Below, in pieces: positions 20,538 to 30,469 of a stretch of 30,469 nt of DNA. The stretch is from Octopus sinensis (Eukaryota), in the NCBI RefSeq assembly GCF_006345805.1, contig NW_021832527.1, positions 1 to 30,469 on the forward strand, written 5' to 3'. The position numbers were made by a program, and so were the translations under genes. How positions within the stretch are numbered: position 1 is the stretch's first letter; each line of letters opens with the position of its first letter. Under the pieces are notes generated by a model. The model searched no databases and was not told the DNA's origin. It worked only from the letters and a program-made list of their open reading frames with translations.

Positions 20538-20853
20538 TCTTCTTCTTCTTCTTCTTCTTCTTCTTCTTCTTCTTCTTCTTCTTCTTCGTTCTTTCTTCTT
20601 CTTCTTCTTCTTCTTCTTCTTCTTCTTCTTCTTCTTTCTTCTTCTTATTCTTTTCTTCTTTTTCTCTTCTTCTTCTTCTTCTTCGTCTTCTTCTTCTTCT
20701 TCTTCTTATTCTTCGTCTTCTTCTTCTTCTTCTTCTTCTTCTTCGTCTTCTTCTTCTTCTTCTTCTTCTACTTTTCTATATCTATAATTCGATGATTTAT
20801 TTTCCTTCACCTTCTTCGTTATTCTTATCAATTTCTAATTTTTCATCACATCT

Positions 20854-20932
<79 letters not shown>

Positions 20933-20953
20933 AATCATCATCATCATAATCAT

Positions 20954-21010
<57 letters not shown>
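20538..21010. repeat. Long (CTT)n followed by (CAT)n microsatellites
   Basis: Direct reading. Confidence 0.95.
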
Positions 21011-21428
21011 TTCAGCGCTATCATATTCATAGTCCTTCTGCTAATCGTATTTTCGTATTCACTAATCGTTATAATTTATCTTGTCATCATAACTATTTCC
21101 TTCCCTCATTTACTCTGCTATTTCTAGCATGCAGAATCATCATCACCTTCGTTATGAACATCATAATAATCAACGTCGTCATCACCAATTAATCGGTAGC
21201 GTTTGTCATGGTTTTCGATAATAATCAACATTATTTTTCCTTCTCACCGTCATTATTACAACATTTACGATCAACATCGCAATCCTCCTTCTCATCATCA
21301 ACATCATCTCGGACATTTTCTTCATCATCGTCCTCTTTTTATTAATATCATTCTAAAGATACAAGATTTAATATTTTATAAGAATTCTTTTTAATACTCT
21401 TTCTTTTGGACTGTGTTTTATTTTTCAG

Positions 21429-21500
21429 AGATCTCAGATGGAATAAGATCACAACCATCCCACAAGGATCCTTTCAAAACCTTCAAAGTTTAGTTGAAAT
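21429..21500 (+). CDS. Internal 72-nt phase-2/phase-2 exon encoding one typical extracellular leucine-rich repeat (xDLRWNKITTIPQGSFQNLQSLVE+AT)
   Basis: Acceptor GTTTTATTTTTCAG, donor GTAAGT at 21501, exactly 72 nt and open. The peptide fits the 24-residue LxLxxNxIxxIPxxxFxxLxxLxx consensus. Confidence 0.87.
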
Positions 21501-21917
21501 GTAAGTTGCTTAAGTTTTTTGATATTTTATTTACGAAATTTTTCTCAGAACTTAATGTCTTCTCATCTTCCTTTTTCTCTCTCTATCTCTAACTAATGTT
21601 CTGCTACTATTTTCATGTAAGAGTATTATGAAGGTGTCTATGAAATGTTTGTGTCTCTATGTGTCTCCATAAATGTCTAACATTTTGTGTATGAGCGTAC
21701 GATTACACGTGGATTTCTATGTTTGTATTTGTGTCTATAGGTGGGTATATTATGAAATATATATTTATGCAGATTTAAACTCACTTCAAGAGAAGAAAGT
21801 ATAGAAATATATTCATCCTCACACTTTTGAGATACTGATTCAATAATATGAGTTATTTTAAACTCTACAATTACAAGAGGTGCTGAAGTTGGTAGTTGTC
21901 ATTTTCTATTTGTACAG

Positions 21918-22047
21918 TGAGCTACAGCTGGGGCAATTTAGTCAAACTGTCCAGGGTGATGGCTGCATATGCCGTTTCAATTCCTTTAGGAAGGATGTTA
22001 ATGTAGCTAGTCGTCCACAACATAAAACAACGTTTGGTGTGTCCCTC
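21918..22047 (+). CDS. Probable next exon of the LRR gene (IELQLGQFSQTVQGDGCICRFNSFRKDVNVASRPQHKTTFGVSL), possibly the LRR C-terminal cap
   Basis: Strong acceptor CATTTTCTATTTGTACAG. The phase-2 start joins in frame to the LRR exon (AT+T = Ile). Open frame with a CxC reminiscent of LRRCT. The donor GTACGT at 22048 is tentative. Confidence 0.55.
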
Positions 22048-22199
22048 GTACGTTTGTGTCTGTGTGTATGTCTGATAATTTTACTTATGTTGATATATTT
22101 TTATTATCATTTCTATCCTCATTCCCGAATTTTCTTGTTATTGTTTTGCTTGTCCATCTTGTCTGTTTTTTTGCTACTCATATTACTTTTTCTTCATCA

Positions 22200-22327
22200 C
22201 CGACTTCTTCGTTGTTATTATTGTTGTTGTTGTCGTTGTTTTTGTTGTTGTTCTTCTTCTTCTTCTTCTTCTCCTTCTTCTTTTTCTTCTTCTTTTTTTT
22301 CTTCTACTTCACCTTATTCGTACTAAA

Positions 22328-22405
<78 letters not shown>
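22200..22405. repeat. Compound microsatellite (GTT, CTT, long ATT)
   Basis: Direct reading. Confidence 0.95.
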
Positions 22406-22409
<4 letters not shown>

Positions 22410-22654
22410 AACGAAATACATTATAATCGAACCAAGTGAAACCGAGTTTATTGAGCAGAGAACTTTTTGAAATGTCAACTGATGAGAAACATCTGCAAAG
22501 AAAGATGCACCGCGGCCAATCGACCATTATCTCATCCGTGAGGGGCCGATTGAAGACGGGTTGAAACGGCAGTAATGATTAATGTATCACGTAAAATCCA
22601 TTTTCCATTTCCGTCAAACGTGTGTGTGTGTGTATTGTGTATGTGTGTGGTTGT

Positions 22655-23005
22655 GTGTGCATATTCTTAGGCGTTGGCATGGCTGCGTGATAGGAATTTT
22701 GCTTCTGTATTCAGTCCTTCTCCGTGTACTCTGCTCTCCAACCGAACAAACCCGTGTATTTTTCATCTTGAGGAACAGATGCAAGTCAGCAGGTGGTAAA
22801 TCTCGCGAATAGGGCAGGTGTGGAAGCGATAGCATGTTGTTTTTGGCAAGAAACTTACGAGTGAGGTGATAGGTGCATTTTTGTCGTGAAAAATTCAATA
22901 CTTCGCGAATCACAGATCCGGTCATTTTCCCCAAACGTCCTCGCTGAATAATCTCCCAATAAACAATACCGAGGATGTCGGAAAAATATGATGAACATGC
23001 TCTGG
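22655..23005 (-). mobile_element. Mariner (Tc1/mariner) transposase fragment with internal deletion
   Basis: SMFIIFFDILGIVY (about 22950-22995), then FLAKNNMLSLPHLPYSRDLPPADLHLFLKMK, which matches the mariner HPPYSPDLAP.D motif. Confidence 0.82.
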
Positions 23006-23062
23006 ATTAAGCTGTGATTTATTCGTGCGCCCATACGCTCGAAACATTAAGTACAATCCACA

Positions 23063-23126
23063 ATTAAGTATATGTACGTGCAGTTATCTATTATATAGAC
23101 GGATACATACATATAAACTTACACAC

Positions 23127-23173
<47 letters not shown>

Positions 23174-23380
23174 TATACATATACACATATACACATACAT
23201 ATACACACACATATACACATATATATATATATATACATACTTACACACATGTACAAATACATACACACATAGATAACTCTACGTACCTACATATACATAA
23301 ACACACGAGCGTACACGTATATGTACATATACACATACACATACACACGCATATATATACATACATACATACACATACAC

Positions 23381-23415
<35 letters not shown>

Positions 23416-24433
23416 CATATATTATATATATTATATATAATATATATATATACACATATACACACACATATACATGTGTGCAAACATACATACATACTCA
23501 TACACGCACACACACTTACATATACATATATACACACACTTACACACATATATATACATACACATATATACATACATCATACATATATGCATACATACAC
23601 ACACACATATATATATATACATACATACACATACACATACCTATAATATATATACACACATATATACACATGCACATACTTATATCTCTACATACTCGCA
23701 TATACATATATATATAATATATATTATATAACACACACACACATACATATACCTATATAAATGTATATACACACACATATATATACGCATCTACAGTTTG
23801 TATCTACACTCACATACATGCACATACACATAACTCTACATACCTACATATACATCGACATACTCGCGTACACTCATATATATACACATATATATACATA
23901 TACACACACACATACATATACATATACATATATATATATATAAATATATACATAATACACATATACACACACATACATATATACATATAAACATATACAC
24001 ATGTATACACACACACACACATACACATATACATACATATATATATATATATATACATATACATACATACACACATACATACATACATGTACATATGCAT
24101 ATACATACACATATATACACACACATACATATATCAACAATTGAGGGTAAAGTTAATTAGTTATTAATCAATTTCACCAAGTATTCAGTATGTAAAAGGA
24201 CCATTATTTTTTTGAGTAAATAATGTCTGAGGGAAAATATTCTCTAAGTAGTGGAAGAGGCTAAAAAACTTTTTTGGCTGCTATTTCTAGAAAGTTCAGT
24301 GTGTGGCAAAGTAATTTATTTTACTAAGCCCTAATTATATAATATTTTATACATACATACACATACATACACACATACATATACACATACATATGCATAC
24401 ACACATATATACACATATACATATATACATATA

Positions 24434-24464
<31 letters not shown>

Positions 24465-24691
24465 GCACATACATATATATATATATATATATTTTTACAT
24501 ACATACACACACACATAATACATGCGTATATTCCTACTATACCCATACATTTCTATACATATATACGATACACATATACAAGCGTGCACATACAATATAT
24601 GAAAGGTCTTAGGAGAAAAGGTAATCGGGGGTACTATCCGGGGGTATGTATCCGTCTATATAATAGGTAACTGCACGTACATATACTTAAT
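23063..24691. repeat. 48-bp inverted repeat pair (23063-23110 and 24644-24691) enclosing a microsatellite-rich core
   Basis: ATTAAGTATATGTACGTGCAGTTATCTATTATATAGACGGATACATAC matches the reverse complement of 24644-24691 at 47 of 48 positions. Confidence 0.85.
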
Positions 24692-24999
24692 ATTTATTAT
24701 TTATTTTTTGAGTATGCATGTATGAATAACTGCGCGTATATATATTTTACTATTTACTTATTTTTTGAGTATGCATGTAAGTATGAATATAAGGAGGCAC
24801 GTGTGTGTGTGTGTATGTGTAAGCATAGATATATGTATACTTTTACGCATGTGTGTACTTATGTGTATATATGGATGCGCGTGTGTGTGTGTGTATGGGT
24901 ACGCATGTACATGTGTTTGTGCGTGTATGTGTATATGAGTATGTATGTGTGTGCGTATATTTGTATATGTATGTATGTATATGAACATGTGTGTGTATG

Positions 25000-25032
<33 letters not shown>

Positions 25033-26030
25033 TTTGTGTGTATGTGTATGTATGTATGTTGTGTGTGTGTATGTGTATGTATGTATATGTATATGCGTAT
25101 GTGTATGTATTTGTATGTGCATGCATGCGCGTATATATATGTATGTATATATATGTGAATGTGTATATATATGTATATATATATATACATGTATGTATTT
25201 GTATGTAGGTGTATATGTATGTGTGTGTATTTAAATTTATTGGTGTATATGTATAGACTAGCCTTCTAAGAGTGTAGACATGAAATCTGTAGTACGCGAC
25301 GTAGTGTATATACGTGATGTATGTATGTGTATGTATGTATGTGTATGTATGAGTATGAATATAACGCGTGCGTGCGTGTATGTGTATGAGTGTGCGAATG
25401 AGTGAGTGTACGTGCTAAAGAGTGTGCGTGAGTAAATGAGTGCTTGTTTTCCAGTAGACAGATAATGGACTGGCTGTCATAGCCAAGATGTTTGTGACCA
25501 GCGATCAAAGATAACAAAAGTAATAAATGAAGATAATAAAATTAAAATTAGGGAATGGGTCTGTATTTGTATGTGTATATATATGTGTGTATGTGTAGGT
25601 ATGCATAGGTACACATATGTATATATATATATATATAATATATAATATATATATATAATATATACAATGTATGTATATGTATGTGTGTATATGTGTGTGT
25701 ATGTGTATATATGTGTATATAGGGACTAGTGTGCTGTGTGTGCATATGTGTGTGTGCATATGTGTGTGTATGCGTGTATGGAGTATGTGTGTGTATGTGT
25801 ATATATATTTTCTGTGTGTATATGTGTGTGTGGTGTGTGTGTATATATACATGTGTGTATACGTGTATGCACGTGAGTGTGTGTATGTATACATATATGT
25901 GTATGTGTAGATATGTATATGTATGTGTAAGTGTATAATATGTATATATGTGTGTGTGTACGTATGTTGTATGTATATGTATATATGTTTGTATGTGTGT
26001 GTATATATGTATACATATGTGCATAGGTAT
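23110..26030. repeat. Large compound CA/TA/TACA (then TG/TATG) microsatellite field with short unique islands
   Basis: Direct reading. Islands at about 24140-24340, 24600-24760, 25255-25300 and 25440-25570. Confidence 0.92.
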
Positions 26031-26323
26031 AAGTGAGAATCTCCTTATTTACCTAAAACTCTATTCCCTTTTTTATATATATATTTTTATATATTTTTTA
26101 TATATTTTTTTACTTTTTATTTATTCTTCTATCTAATTTAACACTGACTCCTTGACCACTCCCCCAAGTATGATATTTTGCGCTATGCCTACCCCCAAAA
26201 GTCCCCCACCAACACCCCTTTAACCTGCCTAAATGTATAAATGCCAATACAATTCTTGTTAACTAGCTTCCTGAAGATTTCTTTGAATGAAACAGTTCTA
26301 GTCGTAGAAGCTCCTTCTATATA

Positions 26324-26324
<1 letters not shown>

Positions 26325-26362
<38 letters not shown>

Positions 26363-26397
26363 ATATATATATTATATATAAATATATATATATATAT

Positions 26398-26437
<40 letters not shown>

Positions 26438-26445
26438 ATATAATA

Positions 26446-26484
<39 letters not shown>

Positions 26485-26490
26485 CATATA
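26325..26490. repeat. (TA)n tract
   Basis: Direct reading. Confidence 0.95.
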
Positions 26491-26899
26491 CATATATACT
26501 GAAATATACATACTCGTCTACATCCATAAGTACATATAATATTCAGTTATTACTAATATTATTATGATTAATATTAGATTAGGTGTATTCTGCTATTCAC
26601 AACAGATAGTATATGAAAAATAAAATATAGAATATAATATAATATATAAACAGATGTTTATGAACGATAAAAGTATATTAAAAATACAATCAATATCGGT
26701 TTATCAATATATCATAGAGTTATTATAGGGTCAATATCATTCTGCATACATATTGGTAGCAAACATATGTATATGCATACATACATATACGCACAAATAT
26801 ACATATATAAATGTTTTTCCCATTTCAATATACCAATATATACATACGTATTATATGTTTTGAATGTAAGATAATTCGCAGACTAAGGGACAGACGTTA

Positions 26900-28250
26900 T
26901 ATATGCACTTCGTAGGCGTAACTTAGATAATTTCGAACAAGATCTTACCAATCTCATTAAAAACATCACATTTAAACCCAGAAAAATAACAATCAAACCC
27001 CACCTAACTAAAATGTATATTATCCTCGTGGGTCTTCAAAAATACTCTGAAATTCTCTTCAAAGCTGTCAAGACCGGCAACCTTTATAACGTTCCTCTAG
27101 ATAAATACCGTGGGCTAATACATAAAGGCTACCATAAAGGCTACATAAAGGCTACCATATTGTACCGGTTCCACTCTAAAAGACATCATCATCAAGAACC
27201 GTGATCTCGTTTTCGAACTCCGATTAGAAGATAGGACCGAACCTTCCTTACCACGCACATTCTATATTAACGTAAAAGACTCTAAAATAAAATTTGCCAA
27301 GAACCATTCGTTCGCCTCATTTGCTTCTCCAGTTCAGATACAAATGCGATTACAAGATTTTATCAGACAGGATTGTACCCCAAACTACATCCATGGACTG
27401 AAATTACTCAAGCTGTCCAGGCGTTTAATTCCTAAAGCCCTAAACATACTTTTAAATTAATCGAGATCGACATAGACCAAATTACTCTAGTGTGTCCCCT
27501 ATCCTTCTCAACACAGTCCTCATGTTTGCAATGATACAATCTAACCTCTCTTGTGACGATATTGATATCATCCTTGCTGCACGTCTACATATGATAAAAC
27601 TGGGAGATTTTAGGCCAATAGAGACATTCGGGGTTCTCGCAACTGCGGAATCGAACAGATTAGAAAAAGACTAAGATATCTTTTTAAAACGGTGGGCCTC
27701 TGCATCACTTTTTGTAGCAGCCTTAAAACTTCTAATTTCCTAGATGTCACCCTAGATCTACAAAGTCAAATTTTCAACCCATGCCATAAACTTAAGGGGA
27801 ACCTCCACTACGTCAACTTTTCCTCCATCCACAACGCCAGTTGTCCTAAACTCTATCGTAGATATCGTATCAAAATGGATTTCATCACTGTCCGCCAGTA
27901 AGGAAATATTCGAACAATACGCTGAATATTATAATAGCGTGACGGTCATAAGAATATACCCCTGTGTAGAACAAGCCTCCCTCAACTAACCTTGGAACCA
28001 AGAATACACCCGTCCTCCAGATAAAACAAAAAATATCCCGCATAACCGATCGTCCCAAATTTTAAAGTAGTAGATGATCTAACAGACCATCTCCCCACTC
28101 GGTGACCCTTGACACTAACCCTGTCTCTGCCCGCCGATATCAACACCCGTATTCACTTTCAATATCCTTTATATACTCGGATAAACCTATCAATCGGAAT
28201 AAGATAACAAGAACACGTGAAGTTATCTGGTTCCGGTTCTCTAAACCATT
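26900..28250 (+). mobile_element. Degenerate Penelope-like RT relic, a different lineage from 5915-7460
   Basis: FEQDLTNLIKNITF, AVKTGNLY (cf. ADKT.NLY), IDIDQFYSSVSP.LL (cf. FDI..FYPSI), DIDIILAAR, NFLDVTLDL, REVIWF. The segment with the catalytic YRDD region appears deleted or scrambled at about 27600-27640. No GIY-YIG seen. Confidence 0.78.
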
Positions 28251-28399
28251 CTTTTTTTTCCCAACAGAAAGAAAACGAGGTATTGAACCTCTCACTACAA
28301 TTTTTACAATTCTTCGACTTAATAGTCCATAACAAATAATAACATACAATAATATACAATAAAATATTCAATATACAATCAACACTAATCCATTTACAA

Positions 28400-29630
28400 G
28401 TGAGGCACTGAGATTCTTACACATTATAACACTGAGGTTTTTCAACCTCTTGTCAATCCACATTATCGCTTGTGTACGTCCACTTCACCATATCCCCTGC
28501 GATATTCCTCCTTTAGTCCCCCCAGCCTATGTAACATGCGCAACGTTATGAACTCCACAGCCATCTGCGGAGGCCATTCGGGTTACCGTGCGAAGGCCAA
28601 AGGTACTCCCTTGTAGTGTTCTTCCACCACCTTTCCACCACTCCCCCTCTATAACAGAAGGCCAGCAGGTCTTCCTCCTCCGGGTCCGAGATAATAAATT
28701 CTATCGTTGGCGGCACAATTCTTACCAATTGTGTCTAACCCAACCCTCACCGATGGGGCATCATGTCTCCGACTGTCGGCAATATCCCGTTTCTCCTCTT
28801 CTTTTTTCTTCTTGACTGTGGAAGGGTGCGTCCCCTCCGTGACCGGGACATGTGCTTCCCTTCCCTCATTCCCAGAATCCTTCGGTGAGCACCCATTATT
28901 ACTCGCCTTCTTCCTTTTGCGGATCTTCTTTGGGGCATCCTCTGTCTCCTCGACCGCCTTCATTCCTTCTTCTACAGAGGTCTCCGTCAACCGCTCCAGG
29001 ATTTTGCTTTGCCGTTGAGGACAGTTCTTTTTATATGGCCAGGCTCCAGGCACCGATGACACTTGGGGGAGGGGGGCTTCCTCAAGCATCACCGGATACT
29101 TCGACCCGCCTATTCTTAAAAAGTCTGGAAATACCAGACTTTCGGCTGACAGGATCTAGAGGGTCAAAACAGCTTTTGACCCCTTCAAGTCAGTCGTATG
29201 CAGAATATTTACATTGAATAGCTTGGTGCTACTGCCACCCAGACCCAGGCGGATAGTATCTCCTATCCACTCGAGCTCAACTCCGAGTGGCAAGCCACAA
29301 AACCAAGCCCTCATCAACTTCTTCCAACAATATGTGGGAAGAAACAAAATTTCATTGCCTTCCAGGAACTGGCTCGCAAATTCACAATCCATTTCTGGGG
29401 AGTCAAACATCAACCACACGGTTGCATATTTGACCCTCCGAGTGATAAACTTAATAGCTGGCTTAAATTCTGCCATCTCTCTTTCGATTATATTTTTTGA
29501 AAACGGCAATGGCGTCGAGGATCCTAGAGTAGGTCCTCAAAACCACCGTCTTACTTTCAAGTTCTTTTAATCATCTTTTGGGTGATATAAATTCCCACTC
29601 CACCAACTTTCCATTGTTCCTTGTCATGTT
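28400..29630 (-). mobile_element. L1/Tx1-like ORF1 (gag-like) relic, frameshifted
   Basis: An RRM-like stretch (FITRRVKYATVWLMF...FLPTYCWKK...GLPLGVELEWI), a frameshifted CCHC knuckle ending GHIKKNCPQ (about 29020-29080), and a basic/acidic tail PKKIRKRKK. No ORF2 follows. Confidence 0.65.
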
Positions 29631-30219
29631 TCTTTTAATAAAAGTCCAAAAAAATACACCTCATAAAATACAAAATAACTAAGGAAAAAGAAGGAAGGGT
29701 AAAAAGTCCAAACAAAAAAGGAGAAAAAATTAACAGTTCAATAAAGAGTCTTTTTTAAATAAAAGAGGGGTGAAGAGAGCAGCAGCAGTTCAAAATACAG
29801 CAGAGGCCACTCGGTACTCCAGGTCAAAATTTTAACGCAAATCATTCCAATTTTCTTCTCATAGCTACTCCTTAACAGGAACAATATTGTTGAAATCTTT
29901 TCTAATTTTCTAAAAATTCGCAGAGTTATTCTTGGACAAACATTATTCTCAAACAAAATTTTGCGGCAGGATACGCCCTCAAAACAATAATTTTCACAGT
30001 TAAGTGAAAAAATATTCACTCAGCTACAGGTAGACTAGAATCCAATGAGGACTTCTTGTTTGTAAAAATAATTGCGGCAGACAACAGGCCCCCACTAGAC
30101 CCCCAAAAAAGTTTTACCTTACAGCTGAGTTTCAAAAATCTTCAATTTAAGACGGCTTCAAAAACACGTCTTTACTGCTTCAGTATCAAACACAACTCTG
30201 ATTCGCACATGCTCAATGA

Positions 30220-30258
30220 GGTAAGCAAGCTACTTACCACACAGCCACTCCTGCACTC
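30220..30258 (-). mobile_element. Short 5' head of a second octopus tRNA-SINE family
   Basis: GAGTGCAGGAGTGGCTGTGTGGTAAGTAGCTTGCTTACC, with A-box-like TGGCTGTGTGG. Recognised from memory as a common octopus SINE head; no B box follows. Confidence 0.5.
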
Positions 30259-30469
30259 GTTCTGGTGATGATTTTCAAATTTTATTTTTCACCTCAACGT
30301 TTGAAATGATGGCAGGAAGCTCTTTAAAAATTGTTTGAATGTTTTGATTTTTTAAATCCCCAATCCCAATCGGTAACGATTTTGGCCAATGCTTTTGAAC
30401 GACGCATTAACAAAAGTTTTAAATGAAAAATTTTGGAAATCATTGATCACCATTATAATCCACGCTTTT

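Noticed and set aside
21773-21850. LRR-like peptide KYIHPHTFEIL after a plausible acceptor
   Set aside because: In-frame stops on both sides and no GT donor at 72 nt; at most a decayed exon copy.
22478-22515. CTGATGAGAAAC as a third hammerhead
   Set aside because: No stem II between CUGAUGA and GAAA and no matching stems I and III.
22468-22538. Possible further exon NFLKCQLMRNICKERC...HP ending at GTGAGG
   Set aside because: The acceptor lacks a polypyrimidine tract; not supportable without transcripts.
23025-26136. Dozens of overlapping Tyr/Ile/His/Thr or Cys/Val/Met ORFs
   Set aside because: CA/TA/TG repeats contain few stop codons; these are artefacts.
29738-30469. ORFs 29738-30019 and 30056-30268
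   Set aside because: No recognisable motifs or splice structure; probably an unidentified repeat.
1-30469. CRISPR arrays, operons or other prokaryotic systems
   Set aside because: The sequence is eukaryotic (spliceosomal exons, SINEs, LINEs, microsatellites) and has no regularly spaced repeat-spacer array.

Overview
Eukaryotic, AT-rich, microsatellite-laden DNA, most likely from an octopus or other cephalopod. That assignment is inferred from the SINE heads, the transposon mix and the simple-repeat load, and was not checked by a search. About two thirds of the window is decayed transposable elements. In order: a possible Chapaev/CMC-like transposase relic, a 5'-truncated Hero-type RLE LINE, tRNA-derived SINEs, a nearly open Penelope-like RT/GIY-YIG fragment, a Tx1-type L1 ORF2, a Helitron split by a Gypsy LTR element, a mariner fragment, a second Penelope relic and an L1/Tx1-like ORF1. 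The Gypsy insertion shows LTRs, a PPT and a target-site duplication. Most ORFs in the supplied track are microsatellite or antisense artefacts. Three things stand out that the ORF track does not show. (1) The Hero 3' UTR holds a complete hammerhead ribozyme core in a non-circularly permuted, pseudoknotted order (2275-2393, minus). (2) A minimal type-I hammerhead with a palindromic stem III sits inside an inverted-repeat element (20063-20102). (3) Small exons of a host gene lie on the plus strand: a clean 72-nt leucine-rich-repeat exon at 21429-21500, a probable next exon and a possible signal-peptide exon. All family assignments come from motifs recognised by eye; no searches or folding programs were run.
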